Origin: Camelus ferus | Lineage: Eukaryota | Assembly (NCBI RefSeq): GCF_009834535.1 | Contig: NC_045697.1 | Location: 44,394,001-44,458,000 of the forward strand | Direction of reading: 5' to 3' | Length of the DNA stretch: 64,000 nucleotides | Shown here: positions 40,608 through 52,270 of the stretch, in pieces | Layout: each line of letters starts with the position of its first letter | How positions within the stretch are numbered: the stretch's first letter is position 1 | Made by a program: the position numbers and the translations under genes | The notes under the pieces: generated by a model | Told to the model about the DNA's origin: nothing | What the model saw: only the letters and a program-made list of their open reading frames with translations | Databases searched by the model: none

Positions 40608-40946
40608 CTTCTTTTTTCTTTTTTTGTTCTGCACAAAGAAAATTAATTTTATTTTATTTATTTTTTAACATTTTTTATTGATTTATAATCATTTTACAAT
40701 GTTGTGTCAAATTCCAGTGTAGAGCACAATTTTTCAGTTATACATGAACATGTATATTCATTGTCACATTTTTTTCTGTGAGCTACCATAAGATCTTGTA
40801 TATATTTCCCTGTGCTGTACAGTATAATCTTGTTTATCTATTCTACAATTTTGAAATCCAGTCTATCTCTTCCCACCCCCCCCACCCCCCGCCCCCTTGG
40901 CAACCACAAGTTTGTATTCTATGTCTGTGAGTCTATTTCTGTTTTA
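40608..40946 (-). mobile_element. Young LINE-1 3' UTR fragment with an extended tail
   Basis: Same 3' end as the 9933-10006 insert; C-rich tract (L1 polypurine tract on the - strand); TSD AAAAGGGT(C/T)ACTTCTT. Confidence 0.85.
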
Positions 40947-41999
40947 AAAAGGGTTACTTCTTAAGTGTCTGCAGCAACTAGTACACGTTAAATTTCCAAG
41001 TTCTAAATAGGACCTGAAATAATCCTTATGCAAACCCTGTGTCAGCACCTGATTTCCGCTTGTGGAGCCTCAAAAATAAAATCGTTATTGTTGGATAACT
41101 GGGGTCTTAGCGAGGAAAATAGCATCTATTTCACAGTTTTAAGAACGAAAGCTGAGATGACCCTCTAGATCATACTCAGATTTTCAAAATTTAGCTCATC
41201 AAAAACTCTCCTTACAAATGCCATTTGGGTCAGGATAAAGAGTTTAAGTCGTTGAATGATTATTTCTGTAGAAAGCAGAACTAAGCGATTTATTTCACAG
41301 TCAATATTAGAATAACATCTAACACCTCCAGGTTTTTCTAAACCAAGTTTAGATTTCTAGCCAGGGATTGTTCAGAGGAGCTAGAGGTAGAGAGCTTTGA
41401 CTAAACACAGGAACAAGGTGGATTTGGGGATTAGAAGCCCTCCAGAGACTACCCGGTGATTTGCTTCTCCAATGGCCCTAGAGGACCTTTCTCAAAATAC
41501 AGTGGGCTTCCAAATCATGTCTATGAGCATTATCATTACTTTGCCCTGGAAAGCTTTAAGTACTACCTTTTTCTAGTACAAAACCTGAAAGCATTATGCC
41601 TATTACTGGCCGTCTTTTTCTACTCCATTGCATTTTATTCTGTGGGTAATAATGAACTCCTGGAATTTCAAGCACAGGCTGCTAGGAATGGAAAGAAAAG
41701 AACAAATGTGTGAGGCACTGTGAAAAAGACAGTGGGCGTCACTTGTTGCCCATGTGAGGGTGAAGGGGAAGGAAAAATCAAAGACATTCTGAGATTTCAA
41801 GCCTGGATGACTGGGAGGCTGGGGACACTCATCAGAATCTAGGAAGATGAGAGATGCCACTTTTGGAGGGAGGATAAAGGAGCGTGTGAGGCAATCTTGA
41901 CGTTCCTCACTGCACTCTCCAGCGTGGGCCCTTTCAATCCTAGCTGTGCTGGAAGGGATGAAGTCTGCCCACTGCCTGCTACCGTATGGCTCACTTGGT

Positions 42000-42540
42000 G
42001 ACTTTCCAGTTCCTGTGGCTGCCTAGCAAATTACCACAAAAGACAGTGGCATAAAAACAACTTTTTATTATGCTCACAGATTCTGTGGGTCAGGAATTCA
42101 GACAAGGCACAGCAGGGACCACTGATTTCTGCTCCATGGTGTCTGAGGTCTCAGCTGGATGACAAGGGCTGGAGGCTGGAAGCATCTGAAGGCTAGTTTA
42201 TTCTTTGTCTGGAGATTGAGGCTGGCCGTCAGCATGGGGCCTCAATTCCTCTCCCCACGGGCCTCTCCACCTGGTCTCTCCACATGGGCTAATGTGGGGC
42301 CTCACAGCACAATCGCTGGCTTCCCCAGAGCAAGTGTCCAACCCCCAGGTACTGAACAAAGGATATAGAAGCTGTATCCTTTTCATAACCTAGCCTTGAA
42401 AGTCACAGAGCATCACCTCTGAGGGCTGTTTTCTGCTGGAGAGGTCATCAGCTTCCACTCAGATTCAAGGGGAGGGAACAAAGGCCCCCAGCTCTTGGTG
42501 GGAGGAGTGTCAACATCACGTTGTTAAAAGAGCATGTGGG
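42000..42540. mobile_element. MLT1-family MaLR LTR
   Basis: tttattatgctcacagattctgtgggtcaggaattcagacaaggcacagcaggga...cagattcaaggggaggg. Confidence 0.75.
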
Positions 42541-45500
42541 GTGACATCAGTGAAAACGGAGGAGTAAGGTACACCTCAAGTCCCTCCCTCCAACAAAGCA
42601 ACAAACAGACCAGCAAAAACTGTCCGAATCAACTTTTTCAGAATTCTGGAAAGTAAGTAAAATCTTGCGGCAGCCACGGGGAATGCTTAATCAAGAAACA
42701 GCTGGTGGGAAACAGCTCAGTGGCAGAGCATATGCTTAGCGTGCTTAGCGTATATGAGGTCCTGGGTTCAAACCCCAGTACCTCCATTAAGGAAAAAAAA
42801 AAGAAACGTTGTGGAGACGGTATAGCTCAGTGGTAGAGCACTTCTCAAACGGCCTTCGCGTGCGCAAGGTCCTGCGTTCAATCCCTAGTACTTCCATTAA
42901 AAACAGCAACAACAAAAACCAGCTGAATCTTGGTCCCATCCCTGCTCCCTGGCTCAGTGGTGGCCTTGGAAATAACAGCCTTTATTTCTGGTACAGGTAA
43001 GAGTACCAGAGGGAGCGGAACAGTGGACCTCATTCACTAAGAATCATGGTTGTTTGCTTGGGCTGTGTATTAGTGCAAGCTGCAGGAACAAAACCCCACA
43101 GGCTGGCTGTTTAAAACAGGAGTTTATTTTCTCACAGTTCTGGAGGCTGGGAAGTCCAAGATCAAGGTCTGGCTGATTCAGCTTTTCATAAGGGCTCTCT
43201 GGTGTCTCTTCCTCCTCTTGTAAGGACATCAGTCCCATTGGATTAGGGCCCCACCCTGAGGACTTTACCCTAATTATCTCCTAAAGGCCCTGTCTCCAAA
43301 TACAGTCACACTGGAGGTCAGAACCAACAAATGAATTTGAGAGGGGCAGGGGAGCAGAGGGCCTACAAACACAATTCAATCCACAACCTTTATCTTGCCT
43401 AAGAACTCTACAGTGCTGAGGCAGCCACCCAGGGGTATTTGTCAAGAGCATTTAACGGGAAATGTACTCGTCACAGCTGCCTGGAGCAATGGGTGACAGT
43501 TGGGACAAATGATAGAATAACCAAAAAGCTTTAGAGGAAAGAGTGGAGAATGAGAGGTTTTGAAAAGCTCTGATGTTATGGGTTGAATGTTGAAGTCCTA
43601 GTCCCCAGAAACACAGAATGTCACCTTATTTGCAAACAGAGCCATTGCAGATGCAGTTAGCTAAGATGAGGTCATGCTGGAGTAGAGCAGGCCGGCCTCT
43701 AATCCAGTACTACTGGGGTGCCTGTAAGACGGCTACATGAAGACAACACCCAGGGAGAATGCCGTGTGATGTGGAGATGGAGCCTGGAGGAACGCCCCTG
43801 CAAGCCCAGGGGCGCTAAGGACTGTCAGCTGTCCCGAGCTAGAAGGCCCACACCAGACTCCTTCAGGGCCTCCAGAAGCAACCAACTCAGCTGGCACCTT
43901 GATTTCAGATTTTTGGTATCCAGAACTGTGAGAGAGTAAACTTCTGTTCCTTTAAGCCACCCAATCTGTGGTACTTTGCAGCCCTAGGAAACTAATACAA
44001 CAGATAAATACCAAAAGGAAATATATATGTATTTGTTGTTTGTAACTCCTTTTTTTCTCCTATCTGATTTAAAAGACAAGGGCATAAAGCAGTAATTATA
44101 AATCTATGTTGATGGGCACACAGTGTATAAAGCTGTGATTTGTGACAACATAAGCAAGGTGGGGGAGGATGGCGATACATAAGAGCAAACTTTCATATCC
44201 TATTAAAACTAAGGTAGTTCTAATTAGAACTAGATTGTTATAAATTAAGATGTTAATTACAATCCCCAGAGAAACCAAATAACTCAAGAATATATAGTAT
44301 ATGGCTTTATTCCTTTGATAACTATGTAAGTTTAAAAAGCTAAAGCTCTAAACGTTCTTAGAAACAATGAACAGTACATATATGTAAATTAAAAAATATA
44401 TGTGCAGTGGGAAAAAAATGAGCCATCAAGCCATGAAAGACATGGAAGAAACTTAAGACATATTACTAAATGAAAGAAGCCAGTCTGAAAAGGCTACAAA
44501 CTGTATGATTCCAACCTAAATGACATTCTGGAAAAGGCACAGCTACACAAACAATAAAAAGATCATGGTTTCCAGGGGTTTGGGGAGAGGGAGGGAGGGA
44601 GGGATGAACAGATGGAGCACAAGGGATTTTTAGGGCAATGAAATTATTCTGTGTGATACTACAGTGGTGGCTACATGTCATTATGCACGTCAAAACCCTA
44701 GAACGTACAACATCAAGATTGAACCCTAATGTAAACTATGGACTTTGGTTGATATTAATGTGCCCATGTTGGTTCATCAATTATACCAAATATGCACACT
44801 GATGAGGGATGTTGAGGGCAGGGGAGTATATATGTGTGGGTGGGGAAGGCTAAGTGGAAACTTTGTATTTTCTGCTCAATTTTGCTGTGCACCTGAAACT
44901 GCTCTAAAAAAAAAAGTCTATTTAAAAAAGAATATATAGTATATGAAATGACAAGGGAATTAAAATGGCATACTAGAAAATACCTATTTAATACAAGATA
45001 ATAACAGAGGACTGAGGAACAAAAAAGATATACTATAGAAATCAGTTTTGGAGGATACGATGCAGTACTGGTAACTATAATCACGGTGCAATGCATTAGA
45101 TCTCCAGAACTTTTTCATCGTCTAGTTATAAGTTTGTGCCCAACAGCAAAGTGACAGAAGTCCTTATCAGTAATTACATGAAATGGGATGGATTAAACAC
45201 TTCAATTAAAAGGCAGAGACTGGCAGAATGGATTTTTAAAACATAATCCACTATACACTGTCTATATGAAACACATTTTAGGTTCAAAGACAAAAATAGG
45301 TTGAAAGTAAAAGGATTAAAAAAGATATGCCATGTAAACAGTAAGGCCACAAAACAAGTCTCAATAAATGTAAAAAGATCAAACTCATACAAAGTATGTT
45401 CTCCAAATACAACAGAATGAAATTAGAAGTCAATAACAGAAGGAAATTTAGAAAATTCACAAATATGTGGAAACTTAACACACTCTTAAACAACCAATGG

Positions 45501-45830
45501 GTCAAAGAAGAAATCACAAGGGAAACTAGAAAATACTTTGAGATGAAGGAAAATGAAAGCACAAGATACCCAAACCTACAGGACGCGGTGAAAGCAGTAT
45601 TCAGAGGGAAATGCACAGCTATAAATGACTACGGTAAAAAAAAACAAGAAAGATCTCAAACAACCTAACCATCCACCTTAAGGAAGTAGAAAAAGAGCCA
45701 GCTAAACCTCACACAAGCAGAAGGAGGAAATAATGAAAATTAGAGTAGAGATAAATAAAACAGAGGATCAAAAAACCCTAAGTTGGTTCTTCAAAAAGGT
45801 CCACAAAATTGATCGATCTTTAGTTAGACC
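42541..45830 (+). mobile_element. Fragmented old L1M element (5' region to ORF2 endonuclease/linker) interrupted by SINEs, two MLT1 LTRs (~43065-43385, ~43575-44000) and an L1MC-like 3' end (~44410-44927)
   Basis: ORF 45396..45668 (MKLEVNNRRKFRKFTNMWKLNTLLNNQWVKEEITRE...AVFRGK) is L1 ORF2p; MLT1 motifs gaactgtgagagagtaaacttctgtt; 18-bp TSD around the L1MC-like insert. Confidence 0.8.
42705..42913 (+). mobile_element. Two head-to-tail tRNA-derived SINE copies (~42705-42802 and ~42811-42913)
   Basis: Each copy has agctcagtgg and gttcaa(a/t)ccc boxes and an A-rich tail. Confidence 0.85.
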
Positions 45831-45869
45831 TTATATTCTCTGCTCAAACTAATCTTATTTTTGTTCCCA

Positions 45870-47460
45870 CCGTTCCACCAAGACTGCGCTTCTCTAATCC
45901 AAGGGCTACTGCTGTTCTCAACTGACCTGAGTTCCTACCATCACTTGACACATTTGAGTGCTTCCTTCTTCACTTGGCTCTCACACTGCCCTCCGGACTT
46001 TCCATCCTCCACGCCCAATCCTTTTCCATCTCCTTTGCTGGCTTCTCTCCTTAACTTGATCTCTAATGTTGGAGCCTAAGGGTTCTGTCTACGTTTCCTA
46101 TCAACAGGCTCCTCTTATGTGACCACACCCCATGGCTTTTATAGCATCTCCCGGCCAATGAACTCACAAACCTGATCTCCAGCCATGGCAAGGCCCTCAG
46201 CTCTAGACTAAAGCCAACTGCTTGTTGGTCATGTCCACGCTGGCATTACACACTTGACATGCAACGTCAGGGGTACCATCTATCCAACAACTCAAGCTAA
46301 AAATCTAGATGTTATCCTCCCAAATCCAATCAATAAACAAGTGAGCCGTTGTCACCTCTAACACATATTCTGAATGTGTCCACTTCTGTCTATTTCCACT
46401 ATCATCATCCTAAGCCAGGCCACCACCATCCTTTACCTTTATCACTGTAATAGTGTACTACCTCAGATCTAGCAAATTGTCTCTTTCAAGCATGATTTTA
46501 TCCATAAACTGGACACACTATAAACCTAAAGATATGTCCCAGACACCCTAGCATGTAGAGTACTGGGTTAAAATTAGGTACTGCCAATTCAATGCAGTAG
46601 CACAAAGTTTGTGAAGAGAAGCAAGACAGAGGCAATCTTCCTATTGGTTTGCTCCTGGTGAGCAAAGTCACAGAGAACAAGTGTTTAGAGGAAGCTGTAA
46701 TGGGTTAACTTGCATTCTAGTGTCTGGCCAACTTTGTGGATATGAGTAGGATTGTAACTGTGGCAGGGTTCCTCCACTCTGGATTACAACTACTGGGGGT
46801 GTCCCCTGACTACTGCTCTAGTCCTCCCCATTGGTTTTGTAAATGTCTCACTCCTTGCTTTAAATACCTCTCTGAATAAATACCTTAAGGGTTTCTGCCC
46901 TGGCATTCAACCCTGATACATCTAGCTACTTTTTCTGCATGCACTCTTGCCCACCTATAATCCACTCTCCATCCAACCGAGAATTGCCCTAAAAACGTAA
47001 GTCACATCATGTCATCTTCTGTTTAAAATTCTCCAGTGGCTTCCTACTACATGTACAAAACAACCCAAACTCTTTACTGTGGTACACAGCCCTCAGTCCG
47101 GCTCTGCCCACTTCTCCGGTGGCAGCCAGACACCGGCCTTCTCCTAATTCCTGGACTAGGCCAAGCTTTGCCCTAGATCTTTCCTATATGCTATTCCATC
47201 TTCGTGGAATGCTCTTCCTTCTAGCTTCTTACATATCTAATCTTTCATGTTCGGATTAGATGTCACCTTAACACCCTCCTTGTAAAAAGCCACTCTACAC
47301 TATTTTCTCTGCAGAGCATTTTGTGGTGTCTAATGTTCTGTTATCATTGTTTTTTATTTATTGGCTGCCTCCTCCAAAAGTGGATGCATCATGAGAGTAG
47401 CGAGGGACTTTGTTTCCTTACAACACATTGTAGATGCTTAATACATACTTACATGAATAA
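45870..47460. mobile_element. L2 fragments, probably interrupted by an old LTR piece (~46560-46920)
   Basis: tgtccacttctgtctatttccactatcatcatcctaagccaggccaccaccatc and catgtcatcttctgtttaaaattctccagtggcttcc are L2-like. Confidence 0.6.
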
Positions 47461-47955
47461 CCTGGGTAAAATCTGCAAGCAGAGTGAATCTTAATTCTGT
47501 TAGATAGAGTTACTCCAATGTTTTAGCAAAAACCACAAATTATTCTTAAATGTTAAATTGAGGACAATAGCAGTTTACCACCTAGGCAGGAGTGGTGGGA
47601 ATAACAAATTGTTTTGGCACATATTACACTCAACTTCATTCTCTGATGGGAATTTAAAAATCCCAAACCAAGTTCTTTTTAACACTGAAGCTGGAAAGAC
47701 CAGTTATTCAAAAATCATTCCTTTTTTTTTTTTTTTAAATGTGACTTAGGGGACAAGGAGGGAAGAGAAATATTAGTGGGTGGACTTCATTCAGGATTAC
47801 TGCCATTTTTCCCAAACTACTCTGACTTTTGAAATATCATGCTATGGTTTTTTAAGGATAAATATACTGATTTTTCTCTCTGAATGCTACCTCTTAGCTC
47901 CATGTGCTGTATCTGGGGGTTGGGGGGGAGCTCACTTGATAGTCTCCAGAGAAAC

Positions 47956-47970
47956 AGCGCCATCTGCTGG
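47956..47970 (-). promoter_or_regulatory. Candidate CTCF site
   Basis: - strand CCAGCAGATGGCGCT matches the CTCF core CCASYAGRKGGCRS. Confidence 0.6.
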
Positions 47971-48684
47971 GCAAAGGCTGCTGTGCACCGACCTTGGTGA
48001 CAAGCCCAGGGCTCTCAACCTCTCTACACAACCCTAAACTGGACATCCGTTAGGCTTAGCAACTCAAGCCAACCTTGCAGAAGGCCAAACAGGAAGGTGG
48101 GCTACACCAGAAGTGTTGATAAGATTAAAGATTCCCTTTTGTCTGAGGCTTCTCTTCTAAGAAATCAACTTGGATTTTGACCCAAGATTGAAAACAGTAC
48201 CCTGTGGGGCAGAGCCCAACTAAGGGAGATCTGAATTAACAAACAGGAATAAAAAGGGCCACTAAGAGGACTTTGTACCCTGTATTCTCTGCAGACAAGA
48301 TGCTGAGAAAATTTAGTGCCTTTGGTCTCTTTTCGGAAATTCCAGAGGTGAGATTTTTTTCCTCTTTCCCTTACTAAGGACCATGATTTGATCTGGACAC
48401 CTCCTAAATCACTGCTGACTCTGGGCATTTTTCCTTTATGCCCCAGCCTCCTTTACAAACTCAGGTTCTTCTCAAGATCCTTTTCCACCACATTAATTAT
48501 GAATGGGTTCCTCAGCACTTCAGAAATATTTCTCATTCATTTCCCTTCCTTCATACCCCACTCTGACAAACTGAATCTGATATTGCAACTTTCTCACTTC
48601 TTCTTAAGTTTTTAATCCATTTCCATCCTCATCAACTCCATATAAACTAGTTTTTCTGGTACCCTCTTTATCATGGATGCCTCC

Positions 48685-49010
48685 TGCTGTAGACTGAATG
48701 TTTATGTCCCCCTAAAGTTCTTATGTTGAACTCTAACCTCCAAGGTGACGCATTGGAGGTGGGGCCTTTGGGTCCATGAATGAGATTAGTGTCCTTAAAA
48801 AAGAAGTCCAAGAAAGCTCCTTCACCCCTTGCACCATGTGAGGCAACAGTGAAAAGACAGCCCATGAGGAAGCAGGCTCTCACCAGACACTGAATTTGCC
48901 AGTACCTTGATCTTGGACTTCCCAGCCCCCAGAACTGTGAAAAATAAAGTTTTGTTGTTTATAAGCGACCCAGTCTGAGATTCTGTTCCAGCAGCCTAAA
49001 CGGACTGAGA
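48685..49010. mobile_element. MLT1A-like MaLR LTR
   Basis: tgctgtagactgaatgtttatgtccccctaaagttc...ccttgatcttggacttcccagcccccagaactgtgaaaaataaa. Confidence 0.82.
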
Positions 49011-49784
49011 GTCTCCACCTCGGTTCTCTGCTGGCTAGATACTGAGCACCCTCCTTCTCCTGTTCCTTTCTAATCTAGTCTCTGGTGCATAACTGTCTCT
49101 CATTCCTTCCTCACTTTTCTAATTATTCTTTTACTTTCGTTAAGAGACCCTTTTCTCTTTGTCTTCCCATGAGTTTTTTCAGAAATTATATGAAGTTCAT
49201 CCTTTACCATTTGTGGCTTTACCATCACTTACCCATTACCCCCCATTTCTAAGATTTACTTAAATTCATTTCCCTTTTACTACTCTTCTATGTCTTCACA
49301 GTCCTTAGACTTCTTAATTAGCTACTAGAAGATAAAAACCATCAGCATAAAGTCTTTTATAGTCCCTGCCTTCTCCTATTTGCAAGGCTACTTCCTTTTC
49401 TTGATTCAAAGCCTTTTCAAAATTATCCCTCTAGGATTCATTAGTTTTTCTTGATTAATTAAGAGAATAATTGCCTCCTTCAAGCATTATCTTCTATACT
49501 TCAAATATAAGATTCTCAAAAATTTAAGGAATCCATTCATGTCTTGAATGTTTACTATCCAAATGAAATAATAAACTGAGGTGAGCCTTATCTGTACACA
49601 TAACTCAAATAATAGTCAATGATTTTCTACTGGCATTCCATTAAAACACACACACACACACGTATCAAACAAACACACAAGGTTAAGGCAAAAACTAAAA
49701 TAAAATTCTCATTTTTCCAGTCTCTCTTCAGTTTCTCTTCCGCTTATAGCAGTATGTGATACACTTCATGAACCTACATAAAAC

Positions 49785-50759
49785 TGAGTGAAGAAGAAAA
49801 TGTTTTTATTAATCATCATATGAAACTGACATGACATTCCATTAGAATGAACCAGGATAGTTAATATTTTAAAAATGTACATTTCTCACCTCCATTTCAG
49901 AGGAAAATATTACATATTAGGGCTCTTCTAGGCCTTGTGGACTGATTTTAGTAAATTTTCTGGTTTTTAGCAGGAAATAGCAATTAACAAATGTTCTCAA
50001 ACTGTGCTAACAAGTAGTTAGAAAGGCATCTATGAAATCTATGGTAACAACTGGTAGGATCAGGACTGTTTTGTTAAACATTAGGGAGCACGTTTCTATC
50101 TTAGCTGTCACGTTAGTGCACCTTTTTCACGGGTAAGGCAACTGCTTGCTGTGGGTGCCACAATGACTAGCCAGTTTCTTACCTAACAGACACCTGACTG
50201 ATCAAGACTCAGACGAGTTTCCTTTCCCAATTTTGCTCTTTTGGAGCAGAAACAAATAGCTTTGTCATTTGTATAGAGGGAGGCCACTGTTTTGAAATTC
50301 AGTTGTTGCCATCTTCTAATTCACAGTTTAAAAGGGGGATAAGTTATTATTAGGAATGTCTTAGAAATACTTCTACTTTTTAAAGTAACAAGGCTTCTGA
50401 GTAATTTCTCAAACCTACCTTTCCATTTTGGTACATGACTTGATAAACATAACACATCTGACCTGTATAATAGTAATTCCTTCTATCAACTCTATTTCAC
50501 CCTCAATAAGGGTTAGAGCAGGGGGTTCGAACAATTTCTACATATAAAGCATCTTTAAATAAGATTCCGCTTCACTGAACTGAGATTCTTTTCTCCACTT
50601 GCGTGCCTGTGAAAGGTAACTGAACAGATACACACACACACTTGCATACCTTACGTGTGTGCTCCCTATTTTTTAAGCAAATTACTCTTACCATCAGGAT
50701 AAAACTAGACTACAGGGACAACTCCGTGAAGACAGTATGGTCTTCCTCAGACACCCTCT
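49785..50759 (-). other. ENOPH1: ENOPH1 3' UTR (~970 nt)
   Basis: Repeat-poor sequence after the stop codon; AATAAA on the - strand at 49805-49810, followed by T/GT-rich downstream sequence. Confidence 0.7.
49805..49810 (-). terminator. ENOPH1 polyadenylation signal AATAAA
   Basis: + strand tttatt; - strand context gattAATAAAaacattttcttcttc. Confidence 0.7.
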
Positions 50760-51100
<341 letters not shown>

Positions 51101-51699
51101 CGCATAAGTGTGTCTGACAGACTAGGATGGCGGTGCATCCTAGACTCCTGAGCTTTATCAAGCACTTATGAATGTGGAAGGACAGAGCCATGTCCTGCCC
51201 ACAACTTTCTTCCATTCCCTCCCATCAGTCCTACAGAGAACCAAGCTGTTCCCCAAAGGACAAGCGGTCAGGAATAACACCAATTAAGCAGATACGGGAC
51301 AAATGGAATCCCAGGATCTAATCAGGCCAAAATACCTGCTCTCACATCTGGGGCCCACATACGTCATAAGTCTTGGCTAGCCTGACCATCTTTTTTGCCT
51401 GGCAAATTCCAACTCTTAATAATTCAGCTCAGTCTATCTTCCAGAGCTCCTACTATCTGTATTAGAGCATCCTATGTGCTCCACTTACACCCTGCATTTA
51501 GTCCTATCAAGACAACATGATTTGACACATTATTACCTATTGTCCCTCTCATTAGACTGTGAGTGCCTTAAGATCAGTGATTGCGTGGATGGGCAGGAGT
51601 AAAAACAGGACTAGTCAAATTAAACTAATCTACGTACTGCAGGAGATATCTCTAACATGCCTTGGGTTACATTCCTCTCTTCATTTTATTTCCATTTGA

Positions 51700-52270
51700 G
51701 ACAATCGTTAATACTTTATATTAATTAAGCACCTACTAGGTGCCAGGTACTATTCTAGGACCAGAGATACGTGAACAAAACAAAGTTCCCACCTTTGTGG
51801 AGCTTCCATTCCCATCAAAATCTTCACAACAACCCTGAAGTAGTTAGTATTACTACCTCCATTCTACAGATACAGAAACCGAGAGCTAGCAAGTGGAAGA
51901 GCTAAAATTTGAAATCATGTATCTGACTCTACAGTCTGTGCTCTAGAACAAGGATCAGCAAATTATGGCCTGCCACCTGTTTCTGTAAATACGGTCTTAC
52001 TGGAACACAGCCAAGCTCACCCACTCACTGACGTACTGTCTGTGGACGCCTTTGCACTACAAGGACCAGGGTAGAATAGTTGTGACAGAGATTGTGTGGC
52101 CTGCAAAGCCTAAAATATTTACTATCTGGCTCTTTACAGAACAAGTTTGCCAACTCCTGCTCCAGAGTATCACCGTGCTGAGTGTGATCCCTGCACCAGC
52201 AGTGTGGGAATCATCTGGAGGCTTGTTAAAAATGCAGAACCTCAGGTTCCCAACAGGGAACTACTGATCC
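51700..52270. mobile_element. Cluster of old repeats: L2, MIR, MER58A-like (~51948-52163) and a partial MER5-like element
   Basis: agcacctactaggtgccaggtactattctagg (L2); ccattctacagatacagaaaccgag (MIR); ggcctgcaaagcctaaaatatttactatctggctctttacaga (MER58). Confidence 0.7.

Noticed and set aside
45396..45668. ORF with endonuclease-related sequence as a host or domesticated gene
   Set aside because: It is a frameshifted, internally deleted L1 ORF2 relic.
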